Source of the DNA: Octopus vulgaris | Taxonomy: Eukaryota | NCBI GenBank assembly: GCA_951406725.2 | Contig: OX597815.1 | Span: 165,912,001-165,976,000, forward strand | DNA: 64,000 nt | Direction of reading: 5' to 3' | In this document: positions 52,074-64,000 of the stretch, piece after piece | How positions within the stretch are numbered: position 1 is the first letter of the stretch | How the letters are laid out: every line of letters begins with the position of its first letter | The notes under the pieces: model-generated | What the model saw: the letters and a program-made list of their open reading frames with translations, nothing else | Told to the model about the DNA's origin: nothing | The model's database searches: none | Translations under genes and position numbers: made by a program

Positions 52074-54020
52074 TACACACACCACAGGCTATCATATAGT
52101 TTCCATCTACCAAATTCACTCACAAGGCATTAGTCATTCATGACTGAAGGGGGTCCTCCTTCCTTCTTCATGGGGACATGCAATCAGGACTTAACCCAGA
52201 GTTAATAGAATCAGTAATATAGGCGATTGCAGGCCCAAAAAGCATTAAATAGCTGAAGGATTAAAATTAATCAAAGGACATAGTAAGTATGTCTACTTGC
52301 TGGAAATAACAGTCAAAACTCTTATTTAAATCACTGCATGTGCATGTATATGTTTTTATGTTTGTGTTTGTCCCCCACGGCCATTTAACAACCAGTGTTT
52401 GTTTGTTTATGTCCCTGTAAATTAGTGGTTTAACAAAAAGATACCAATAGCATGAGTATCAGACTTAAGAATAAGTCTCAGGGTTGATTTGTTCAACTAA
52501 ACCCTTCAAGGCAGTGCCCTAGCATGACCGCAGTCTCATGAGTGAGACAAGTAAAAGAATAAAAGAATATAATGGGTTTCTTTCAGTTTCTGTCCACCAA
52601 ACCCTCTGACTAAGCTTTGGTCACCCTGGGACTATAGTAGGAGACACTTGCCCAAGGGACTACACAGTAGGGCTGAACCTAAGACCACGTGGTTGGGAAT
52701 GTACATTGTTGACCCTGTTTAACTCTGGGTCAGCTCCTGATTGCATGTCCCATGAAGAAGGAAGGAGAGCCCCCATCCCAACCCTCTGTCATGAATGGCC
52801 ATGGGATTGCACCTAGAAAGTTCCCCTTCAAGGTGCGAGTCCGGGCTAGGTTGTTTATGGAAGACCATCAGTCGACCATGCATACCAGCTTATCCTCTCC
52901 ATGCCACTAATGTTATCCAAGGGAAAGGCAAAAGCTGATACAGCTTGGCACCAGTGACATCACAACTCTTTTCTTCAGGTGAATGAATTGGAGCAATGTG
53001 AAATAAAGTGTCTTGCTCAAGAACATAACACACAGCCAGTTTGGGAATTGAACTCGGTGCCTCGTAATTGTGAGCCTGATGCTTTAACCACTGAGCCAAA
53101 TGCCTTTCCTTGATCATGTCCCTATTATCAAAAAAAAAAAAAAAGGTGATATTCCATCCATAATCATTCTGTCTCTTTCTCAGACTTGAAGCATACTGGA
53201 CCACATAATGCAATGCAAATTGCATGAATGTATGTGTTCAGAATTGTAGCCCCTATACATCTTTTGTGGTGGTAGTTTTGGTAATGGTGGTGGCCTTAGG
53301 GTTGCCCTGAGACAAAAAAAAAAAAGGAAAATGAAAGAAACGGAAGTTATAAAGACTAGAAAAAAATTTTTTTTTTTAATGGGAGGGGAAAGTGAGACAG
53401 ATAAAAAGGCTAGTAGGAGGAGTGAAAAACAAGAGTTGAAGAAGGTCAATGGTCTGTCCCTGTCTGCCTTCTTCTATGAATGCTTTTTATTTCTTTTCGT
53501 TTTCCTTCTCCTTCTCTCTTCCTCACTCTTATCCTCTGTGTGTGTATGTGTGTGTTAGCATCTGTCTGTCTTCTGTTAGATAAATATTGTTTTGTACAGA
53601 AGAGTGGAGGAGAGGCAGATAGTGTGAAGGGAATAAGGGAAGGAGGATCACGATGGGGGGGGGAGAGGGTAGATTGGAAACCTACCCTACACCAGGAATG
53701 TGAAAGAAAGATTGGTAAGGTCAGGTGGATACATGCATAATGTATTAAGGGGGAGAGAGAGAGAGTTTAGTTGGGAGAAATAGACAGAGGATAAATAGAG
53801 TTATTAGAAACTATAAGAGAGAGACTGCAGTGTGAGAGAATTGGCAAGTCGTTAGAGAGAGTAAGTAATGATAGAAGTAGAGAGTGGCAGGGAGGTGAGA
53901 AGAGAGGTAGTAAGAGTTAGAGGATAGAATGGAAGGGTGGATGAGTGAGAGAAGTGGGAGAGTGTAATAAGAACTTAAAGAACTGTGTAATATAATGTGA
54001 AGTGGGACGGTGGTGGGGGA

Positions 54021-54065
<45 letters not shown>

Positions 54066-54498
54066 GAGAAAGTGTGTTTTAGGGGGCAGGTTGGAAGATG
54101 TGATAGCAATAGGGGGAGATAAATACGGGTGGAGTGGAGGGAGGGAAGGATAATATGGTGAGAGAGATAGAAGGGCATTGAGAAAAAGGTAAAGATTTAT
54201 AACAGCAGTGTAAGAGCGGCGGGGTGGGGGGATAATAGTTGTGTTAAGTGACAGCAAAACTGTGAGTGAAGGAATAATAATGACAGAGGGTGTGTGTGTG
54301 TGTGACAGACAGAGTTCACTCCCCCTGTCTTTCATAACTACGTATTGTATCTTCTTCTCTTCCTCTCCCTCCCTATTTGTCTCCCTTTCCATTCTTGTCA
54401 ACCCAGCCAGCCAGCCAACTTATGCTACAAGTCACTTTGGGAAATTTCAGAGCATCACACTGGAAGTCCTCTATTTTATATACTGGTGCACCCCACCA

Positions 54499-54530
<32 letters not shown>

Positions 54531-54552
54531 CCTTTCTCTCCCTCCCTCTCTC

Positions 54553-54588
<36 letters not shown>

Positions 54589-55984
54589 CCTCCCTCTCTC
54601 TCTCTCTCTCTTGCACTTACATACGGCTCTCAAACTTTTACCTACACCATCTCACTCTCAATCCCCCCTCTCTTCTGTGTCCCTTTTCTTACACTCTCCT
54701 TTTCATTTCCTTACATACTTCAGACACACACACACATATATATATTTGTGTGTGTGTGTTAGCTTATTGTTTACTATATGTGTGTTGTTGTGGTAGAGGT
54801 CCTATTCATGAAAGGTGGTAACAGTAAAGGGCTGCTTTTTATTCAGTAGTATCAGTTTTTTTTCCTGTCCCCCTCCCTCATTGCTCTATCTTTATCTCTT
54901 CACTCCAATAAACCTCACTCTATTACTCTCTCTCCATCACAATTTCCTTCTCTTCTCTGCCTCTTACTCTCTCTTCACTTATTACTCTATCAGTATCTGT
55001 CTGCTTGTTACCCTTTACTCTTCTCACCTACTCCTTTCTCTCCAGCTTTGCCATATTGCCTTCTCCTTCTCTGCACACCCTATTTTATCTCTCCTTCTCT
55101 CTGTCTCTGTCTCACTCTCTTTCCATATCATTTCTTACATTTTCTTCTCTTCTTTCTAGTTTTCTCATTTTCTACACTCTCTCCTTTATCTTTCACTGCT
55201 CTCCCATTTCTCCCACTTCTCCTCAGCCATCCACCTCTCTCATATCTTTCTCACTCTCTCTCTTCACCTATTCATCTTTAATTTCTTACACTCTCTCCTT
55301 TATCTTCTGCACCTCTCTCTAAACTATTATTCTCTCTCCTTTACCTCCTCTCTTCAAACTCTTACTCTCTCTCTCTCCTTTACCTCCTCTCTTCAAACTC
55401 TTACTCTCTCTCTCTCTTCTTTACCTGCAACTTCTCACATTTCTTATGGTTTCTCCTTAACCTTATCCCTCCCTTTCACTCATTTATGCTTCCTCCTTCA
55501 CCTCCTCCTTCTCACTGCTCACAAATTCTGTAAAACCTCCCTCTTCCCCATTTCTTACTCTCTCATCTTCCTTTTACTCCCTCCCCTTTCCTTTTATACC
55601 TAATACTCTAGCACTTCTCCTCTCTCTCTCTATCTCATTTCTCATAACTTTCTTGTGTCCCCTCTTCTCTATATCTCCCTTTTTCTCTCCCTTCTTTTTT
55701 TCCTTCCTCTTCCTATTCTCCTCCTTCCTTATATATTCATTATTTACAGTGATGGTGGTTGTGTCCATGGCATGCATTCTGTTTGTTGTACTCTCTCTTT
55801 TCTCTCCTCCTCCTCCTCCACTCCCCCTCCTCTGGCTACTTCATGCTTTTCCACCGCCTCTACTTTTCTCTCTTCTCTCTCTAACCCCATTCACTGTAAA
55901 GTCATTAAATGAATTCACAAACGTGTGCGCAAGTGCATATGGGCCTACACACATCTACACACACACACACATCTACACACACAC

Positions 55985-56021
<37 letters not shown>

Positions 56022-56217
56022 GGAATAAACAACCTAATTCACTCTTTATGTGTATGTGTGTGTGTGTGTATGATTATGTGAATCAGTGTTATTTGTGTGT
56101 GTGTGTGTATGTGAGAGAGAAAGAGAGTGTGGATGTTGTATGCCTGTATGTCTGTGTACTCTGTAAAGGAATATATGTGATGTTAGTGTATGTGTATGAA
56201 TATACCTCTGTGTGTTT

Positions 56218-56280
<63 letters not shown>

Positions 56281-57136
56281 CTGTGTGTGTGTTTCTGGGT
56301 CCAGTTGCTGTTTGGGGATGAGTTTATAAGGGTCAGAGTGTGAGGTGTCTTGCCTTGCTATGTGGGGTACATGACTTGTCTTCACAGAAAAGGAGAGGGT
56401 GGTGGTGTTAGGGGGGAAAATATAAAGAGGTATGTGAGGAACAGAGGGTAGGGGGGAGGAGGAGGAGGAAAAATTAGAAAAAGAAAACTTATGATGTATG
56501 TGAATGGGATAGTGTGGGGCAGGAAAGTTTTTTGGGGGGTCGGGAGTGGTGTGAAACAAATGTGGTGGTGCTGATGCTGGTGGTGGTAGGGGGGGGATCA
56601 GAAGCAGAGAGAGCTAGAGAAAGAGAGGAGAGAAAGCGACTTAATATGAAGAAAGATATGTTGAGTCGTAGTGGTGGTCGCGGTGGGGTGGACTTAGCTG
56701 GAAAGCAAATTGAAAGGAAAGGTGATGTGGATGGATCGGGGTTAAGGTTGGAGGTTGATTGTTTTGGAGGGTAGCCCGATAGTAGGGAGGGAGAGAGGCT
56801 GGAAAAAATTGAAGTTTAGAGAGAAGAGCTCTCAATGACTTCACTCCCCCTTTCTGTTGAGTCTTCAAGGATATTTTCTCACTATGTGATGGGTGTGAAA
56901 CACACACACACACACACACACATACACAAATATATTTATATATACATACATATGTACCTTACACATACACACAAGCACATATATATATATGTATGTGTGT
57001 ATATATATTTGGCGGGATCTCTCATTCATATGTAAGGCAATGAGAGATAGAACTTCTATCAAATAAAATCATCTGAACAAGATCTCCTTCTAGAGGTACA
57101 TAAATGTTTACAAAACAATCAAAAACAACAAATCAT

Positions 57137-57193
<57 letters not shown>

Positions 57194-57290
57194 GTTAATC
57201 CAAAAAAGAAAACACAAAAAACACAGCAACGCGAGGACGTGGAACAAATAAAGTATTATTGGACGCTCAGGAAAGAAGGGAAGAAGGAGG

Positions 57291-57325
57291 GCTTAACGTT
57301 TCGAGCGGAGCTCTTCGTCAGAAAC
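57291..57325 (-). ncRNA. minimal type-I hammerhead motif in a ~200-bp element (57193-57390)
   Basis: GUUU-CUGACGA-A-GAGC(UCC)GCUC-GAA-ACGU-U-AAGC. Confidence 0.7.
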
Positions 57326-58198
57326 AAAGGAGAAGGAAAGATCCCGAGAAGGGAAGACAGAGGAAACAAAATTGCTGGCAGTGCTCAGAAATAGTAAATC
57401 GTTAACAGCACAAAAGAAATCACTTTAAACTTGCTAAAATAATATCTGATTGGAAATATAATTTCGAAGTGTTCATGATGTCAAAGTGAGGATCTGATCA
57501 ATGACTTTGCAAATAAAAAGAAGTAGGAGAAAATTTTTCAAATATAAATAAAGTAAACAAAAGTAAACATTATTTTCCATCTTACTGTCAATTTTGTTTC
57601 ATTTTCAAAAAAAAATTGAATTAAATATATAGGGGTGCACCAAAATCTTTTAAGTGTTTAGGACCTTTGACTGAGGATTGGGTGTGTGTAAGTTAGTAAG
57701 AAATTATGAGAGGAGAGTAACAGTTCTGCTACATGGTACTTTGAGCAAGTGTCATCTACCATAGTCTGAGCAGGCCCCCAAGCCTTGAGTGGGATTGATG
57801 GATAGTAGCTAAAAGATACATGCTGTATTTATGTATTATATGTGTATATGTCTTTGTGTCTCTTTGTCGTGACACTATAATTCTTGCTGTAAATAAATGT
57901 CGTCATCATCATACAAGCAATGTCATTTATTTGTGATATTCCATTAAATCATGTCCTGTCATTTCATCTCATCCATGGAAACATGGAAATCTGATGTTGA
58001 AATGATTATATATTTATATCATATATTATACATAGCATTAAGCAACAGGACACATTGGGCATCTAACCTGTTTAGAAATAGGAGTCAAAACCCCATTGAA
58101 CCACCTAGAACACTGAAAATATTACAAAGAACAACAGTAAGGAGGCAAACGATTAAACCATTTAAAGGATATCGTTAAAGAGAGTGCCATCCAGATAT

Positions 58199-58253
58199 TC
58201 GTGTACCATGGTTTCAATTTTTGGCTCACAGGCCTCAAATATCTTCAGCACAA
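58199..58253 (-). ncRNA. type-I hammerhead ribozyme motif
   Basis: UUGUG-CUGAAGA-[26 nt]-GAA-ACCAUGGU-A-CACGA. Confidence 0.75.
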
Positions 58254-58817
58254 TTTACCGAGAGGTGAAAATTCAAAACATGTCACGTTGAAACTCTGGT
58301 GGCATTCTGATTTGTTTTATGCCAAAACAGAACCGCCTCAGTGCAAAAATTTCAATAAGGAGAGAATATTGAGATGTGAATATTCATAAAGATTTTATTA
58401 TTGTTAAATATAGTATATTGATAATAATAATAACAAGAATATAGATGGTTACAGGTATTGAATAGCAACAAATAATTATAAATTTAAAATTAGCACTAAG
58501 CAAAAGGACACACTAGGCATCTAACCTGTTTAGAAATAGGAGTCAAAAACCCAATGAACTACCTAAAGAGCACTGAAAATATTACAGAGAACAACAGTAA
58601 GCTATTCAATACCTGTAACCATCTATATTCTTATTATTATCAATATATTATATTTAGTACAGATAATATTAACAATAATATCTTTATGAATATTCACATC
58701 TGAATATTCTCTCCTTATTGAAATTTTTGCACTAAAGGTTCTGCTTTGGTGCAAAACAAATCAGAACGCCACCAGAGTTTCAACATAATGTGTTTTGAAT
58801 CTTCTCTTCTCAGTAAG

Positions 58818-58872
58818 TCATGCTGAAGACATTTGAGATCCGTGAGCCAAAAATTGAAACCATGGTACATGA
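58818..58872 (+). ncRNA. type-I hammerhead ribozyme motif
   Basis: UCAUG-CUGAAGA-[26 nt]-GAA-ACCAUGGU-A-CAUGA. Confidence 0.75.
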
Positions 58873-59191
58873 ATATCTGAATGGCACTATCTTTAATGAT
58901 ATGCTTTTAATCCTTTAACCATTCACCCACTTACAGTTGTTCTCTGTAATATTTTCAGTGCTCTTTAGGTGGTTCACTGGGGTTTTGACTCCTATTTCTA
59001 AACAAGGTAGATGCCCAGTGTGTCCTTTTGTTTAGTGCTAATTTTAAATTTAAATTCATAGCTATTTGTTGCTATTCAATATCTTTAACCATCTATATAT
59101 ACTTGTTGTTATTATCAATATATTATATTTAACACAGATAATATTAACAATAATAATATCTTTATGAATATTCACATCTGAATATTCTCTC

Positions 59192-59234
<43 letters not shown>

Positions 59235-59294
59235 CCATGATAGATCGCTGGCACTACACATTCTTTATTTTCTCTCCTTGTTTCTTCCTGTGTT

Positions 59295-59332
59295 TCTTTC
59301 TGTGGAAGAGCATAGGCTCGAAACGTTAAAGA
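59295..59332 (+). ncRNA. hammerhead-like motif with variant core in a (TA)n-embedded element (59231-59422)
   Basis: UCUUU-CUGUGGA-A-GAGC(AUAG)GCUC-GAA-ACGU-U-AAAGA. Confidence 0.5.
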
Positions 59333-59970
59333 CTTTTTCACTTCCCAAGCGTTATACTAATACATCTGTTTGTTGTCTACACCACCTGTCTTTGTCTTTT
59401 GTTTTTTTCATAAACTCTCCCTATATATATATATATATCAGAGAGACAGAGAGAGAATATAAAGAATGAGGATGCATTATCAATGGTTTATTTAGCTTCT
59501 ACAAGTGTCAAGTAGCTTGGCACAATGCAAGTGCTTGCACATTGCTTGCAGTGTGTGTATTTAATTGATCCTGCAATATATAGAGCTTGCATTGTATCAG
59601 GCTATTCAAAACATGTGTAAGCTAAATAAATCATTGATTGTGCATCTTCATTTTTCATGTTTTTTTCTGATATACTCTGTGATTAATAGACGAAAAATAA
59701 TTGTTCTACATTGGATTTACAAATTGTACCTGATTACATGTCACACTAAGTGAATAACAACACATTAATCACCATTGTACTAACTGGACAAGTTACCCAA
59801 TCTTGGAGTGATCTCAAGATTAATCAGCCGAAATTGCTAGGATGATCCGGTTCTTGACTGAAGATTGAAGGCTTCGAATGTCCCATCCGTGTTTTTTGTA
59901 TCGTCTTCTAAATGTTTTACGTTCTTGTCCCAGTTTGTATTTTTCTACATATTTATATATATATATATAC

Positions 59971-60005
<35 letters not shown>

Positions 60006-60009
<4 letters not shown>

Positions 60010-60172
60010 TGTGGCTGTGTGGTAAGTAGCTTGCTTACCAACCACATGGTTCCGGGTTCAGTCCCACTGCGTGGCATCTTGGGCAAGTGTCTTCTGCTAT
60101 AGCCCCGGGCTGACCAATGCCTTGTGAGTGGATTTGGTAGACGGAAACTGAAAGAAGCCTGTCGTATATATG

Positions 60173-60207
<35 letters not shown>

Positions 60208-60321
60208 ATATGTTTGTGTATCTGTGTTTGTCCCCCTAGCATTGCTTGACTAAAGGCAATGCTCCTGCATGGCTGCAGTCAAATGACTGAAACAAGTGAA
60301 AGAGTAAAAGAGAGTAAAGAG
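60006..60321 (+). mobile_element. SINE A with internal deletion
   Basis: GCTTGAC|TAAAGG junction removes ~100 bp. Confidence 0.85.
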
Positions 60322-60324
60322 CAT

Positions 60325-60566
60325 ATATATATATATATATATATATATCGATAGAGAGAGAGCGAGAGAGAGAGGGTGAGGGACGCATTCACACACATAC
60401 AGATGTGGCCACACATGTACACACACACACACAATATATATATATATATATATATATCTCGATAGAGAGAGAGCGAGAGAGAGAGAGAGAGGATGAGGGA
60501 AGCATTCACACACATACAGATGGGGCCACACATGTACACACACACACACAATATATATATATATAT
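60325..60566. repeat. ~120-bp tandem duplication bounded by (TA)n
   Basis: CGATAGAGAGAGAGCGAG..GCATTCACACACATACAGATG..CCACACATGTACACAC twice. Confidence 0.85.
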
Positions 60567-61394
60567 TACCTTATGTTCCCACTGTTCTTCATATACTTTA
60601 TCTGCCTCTGTCTGTCTCACTGTTATACACTCTCTCTCTTCTCCCTCTTTATCTGTCCATCCCTCTCTATCTTTCTGATTTCACAGTTATCCCCTACTCC
60701 CATCTTACTCCTGCCCCCTAATTTACTTAACATCCATGAAGAACTTTCCCACTCTTCCCATACCACCCTCCTGTCTCTCCCCCACCCTCTTCATTGTACT
60801 TTGCTTTTTACTCCCCCACCCTCACTGCGTGGCGCTATGTCTTTACTGAATGGAAAAGGGTTTCACTCTCCCTGTCTGAAAATGGGGGAAGTGGTTGATC
60901 TCTTTGAATAAAAAGGGAAGCTGAGAAGAACCTCAATGAAATGTTTTCTCCTCCCCTGCCCTGTCCTCCTTGCCTCCACACACACACACACACACACGCA
61001 AAACGTATACATACACACAAACACACACACTGCTGTATTTTAGCGTTTTGTTTTTACTTTCTTTTCATTTTTTGTTTGTTTTTTTTTCACTTTTTACTAC
61101 TTATTTCTTCAGTAACAGTTGTTTAGCCCTAGGTTAGTTGAGTCTTGGTCAAGCAGTCCTATGATCAAAAGCGTTTCAGCCATGACCATCTCTTTTAAGG
61201 CAAACGTGCTGCATTCAGGATTGTATTATAGGCGCAAGACATAGCTGTGTGGTAAGAAGTTTGCTTCTCAACCACATGGTTCTGGGTTCAGTTCCACTAT
61301 AGCCTTGAGCGGATCAAATCCCTGTGAGTGGATTTGATAGAAAGAAACTGAAAGAAGCCCATCATGCACACACACACACACTATATATATATAT

Positions 61395-62132
61395 GAGTAA
61401 ATGGACGGTGCTGAGTTGTCAAACATTTACACCAAATTTTCTCAAAACAACATGTCCGACCGACCGTCCCATAGGCTTCCCCTTTGAGAAACACTGATTT
61501 AACCTAAATTTGAGACACCAGCCAAAGAAGAAATAAAGATAGACTCTTTTTCTATTCCAATGGAAAACGATTTTATTCACCTTATCGATTGCATTCTCAC
61601 CTGGAATTGATTTTTGTAATTTATTCAAGACTTATACACGCTCTGATACCGTCGGTATCTACGTATCAGATTTGAGCGTAATCGGATGGAGGATGCCCGA
61701 GATCCTAGAAGACACACAGACAAACAGAACGGATTTTATATAATAGACTAGCAGTATCGCCCGGCGTTGCTCAGGTTTGTAAGGGAAATAACTATAAAGC
61801 ATTTTTAGAGAGTTATAGCCAAAAAATAGCAAACAAATGGAAAAAAATGATGGTAAATTTTTTTTTTTTTATTAAAAAAGGTGGAGTTGCGTCACCTAGA
61901 CAGTTTGTGGTTTGTGTTTATGATTCTCGACCCCATGTCGAATTTATCGATTTTGTTCAGAACTGGGGGAACTTTTCAAAATTTTCGCTGCGTTAGTTTT
62001 GAATTATGACATTGGGCTATGTGCGTGTCAAGTTTCATCAGAATCGGTTGAAAGCCGTGGTCAGGGTGAGGGTACAAGCAAACAGACACACAGAAACACG
62101 CACAGACAAACTGCCGTTTATATAGAGAGAGA
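61395..62132 (-). mobile_element. two head-to-tail non-autonomous Helitrons
   Basis: Element 62132->61748 ends hairpin plus CTAG and abuts TCTATTATATAAA of the next element (61747->~61395). Confidence 0.75.
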
Positions 62133-62644
62133 TATATGGAGGGGGGGGGGGGGCTTTGTGTCAATGTTTGTACCCTACCTCTGCTTGACAACTGATGTTG
62201 GTGTGTTTATGTACCTGTAACTTAGCAGTTCAGCAAGGAGACTTATAGAATAAGTACCAGGCTTAAAGAAAATGGCAAAAAATGATTCAAATACTGGGAT
62301 TGATTCATTCAACTAAAAGTAAGAATTCTTCAAGGTGGTGCCCCAGCATGGCTGCAGTCTAATAACTGAAACAAGTAAAAGGTAATTGATGAAAGATAAA
62401 GATATATTTGAAACCTGTTTCTATGATTAATGGAATCCTCACTACTATTGCTCATTTAATCTCCGCATTTCCATGTGAAACAAGAACTACATAGTGACAG
62501 CATTTTGTGACTAAATGCCCTTTCTGTTGTCAACCCGTGCCTATGTTTCTTGCAAAGGACATTACTGTTCCATTGGTTTTCACAAGTCTATTGCAACTGG
62601 TGTTGATATCAACAAGGCATGTAAACATCATATACTCTCTCTCT

Positions 62645-63042
62645 CTTTTACTCTTTTACTTGTTTCAGTCATTTGACTGCAGCCATGCTGGAGCACCGCC
62701 TTTAATCGAGCAACTCGACCCCGGGACTTATTCTTTTGTAAGCCCAGTACTTATTCTATTGGTCTCTTTTGCCGAACCGCTAAGTAACGGGGACATAAAC
62801 ATACCAGCATCAGTTGTCAAGCGATGTTGTGGGGGACAAACACAGACACACAAACACACACACGCATATATATATATACTACGGGCTTCTTTCAGTTTCC
62901 GTCTACCAAATCCACTCACAAGGCTTTGGTCGGCCCGAGGCTATAGTAGAAGACACTTACCCAAGGTGCCACGCAGTGGGACTGAACCCGGAACCATGTG
63001 GTTGGTAAACAAGTTACTTACCAAACAGCCACTCCTGCACCT
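62645..63042 (-). mobile_element. SINE A, full length
   Basis: Reverse-complement consensus match; plus-strand A pieces at 62155-62385 and 63178-63562. Confidence 0.9.
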
Positions 63043-63583
63043 ATCATATCACCATTTCATTCTGATGTCGACAAGTTTAATTGTGGGATGTCAACATTCA
63101 TGCATACATTGCACTTGGACACGTGCACATGCTATGCACACACACACACATGCACACACATATAGATTTATGTGTATGAGGCTATGTGCAAGTATGGCTT
63201 TGTGCTTAAGAACCTCTCTTTGAAACCATATGGTTTTGGATTGTGTCTCTCTGTGTGGTTGTTGGGTAAATTTTTTCTACTAAAGCCCTGTATCAGCCAA
63301 TTCCTTGAAAGTGAATTTGGTAAATGAAAACTGTGTGGAAGCCTGCTGTATGTGTGTGTGTTGCTTTTGTTTCTCCAACTACTGCTTGACAACCGGTTTT
63401 TATTTGTTTATGTCTCCATAACTTAGCAGTTCAGTAAAAAAGACTGATAGAGTAAGTACCAGACTTTAAAAAATTTAATATTTGAGTTGATTTCTTCAAC
63501 TAAATTCATCAAGATAATGTCCCAGCGTGGCGAAAGTACTATGTTGAAACAAGTAAAAGATAATATGTGTGTGTGTGTGTATA

Positions 63584-63637
<54 letters not shown>

Positions 63638-64000
63638 TAGATAGATAGATAGATAGATATACATATATCTATATGTATATGTACACACCACACACATACA
63701 CATTCATATCTATATCTGTATACCATCATCATCATTTCACATGCTGGCACAGGATGGGTGGGTTGCAAAGGTCTGAGTCATTTCTTACTGTTTCCATAAA
63801 CTGCTTCTTGTAAGTGTCATTTGGCTTTGTTTCTATAATCGGATGTACTTTCTGTTCCCGACCACTTTACAGAGGGCTCTGGGTACATTTTCTCAAGACA
63901 GCTACACTACAGAGGCTGAGTAGTCCTTGGCCAGACAAGACTAGAAGTACCTCACAACTCCATTCTTTCTCCGGTTATTTTCCATCCACTTCACAACATA

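Larger units (their letters stand above)
58033..59192. mobile_element. hammerhead-bearing ~460-470-bp unit as two partial tandems in inverted arrangement (PLE-pLTR/retrozyme-like)
   Basis: Left arm period 458, right arm period 470, inversion point ~58601. Confidence 0.8.

Noticed and set aside
59845-59890. CTGAAGA..GAAG/CTTC..GAATGTC hammerhead candidate
   Set aside because: Lacks GAAA and an adjacent helix I
62507-63223. 238-aa ORF
   Set aside because: Runs through an antisense SINE A; the same peptide recurs at many copies

Overview
AT-rich eukaryotic DNA saturated with microsatellites and transposons. The tRNA-headed SINE families and repeat landscape are most consistent with an Octopus (coleoid cephalopod) genome; this is an inference. 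No intact protein-coding gene is visible: nearly all listed ORFs are microsatellite or SINE artefacts. Recognisable content: several tRNA-derived SINE families (often nested, with swapped modules), 3' fragments of RTE LINEs, R4/Dong and I-group LINE remnants, mariner/Tc1 remnants, piggyBac-like (TTAA) and Tigger-like (TA) MITEs, non-autonomous Helitrons and a 5S rRNA pseudogene fused to an RTE tail. Two less obvious signals stand out. (1) Several families of type-I hammerhead-ribozyme motifs with palindromic helix III and covarying helix I. The clearest is a ~460-470 bp unit arranged as partial tandems and head-to-head at 58.0-59.2 kb (Penelope-pLTR/retrozyme-like). (2) Decayed, apparently intronless kringle/Sushi/C-type-lectin coding remnants on the minus strand at ~6.9-8.3 kb and ~38.0-39.0 kb. 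All calls were made by eye, and many element boundaries are approximate.
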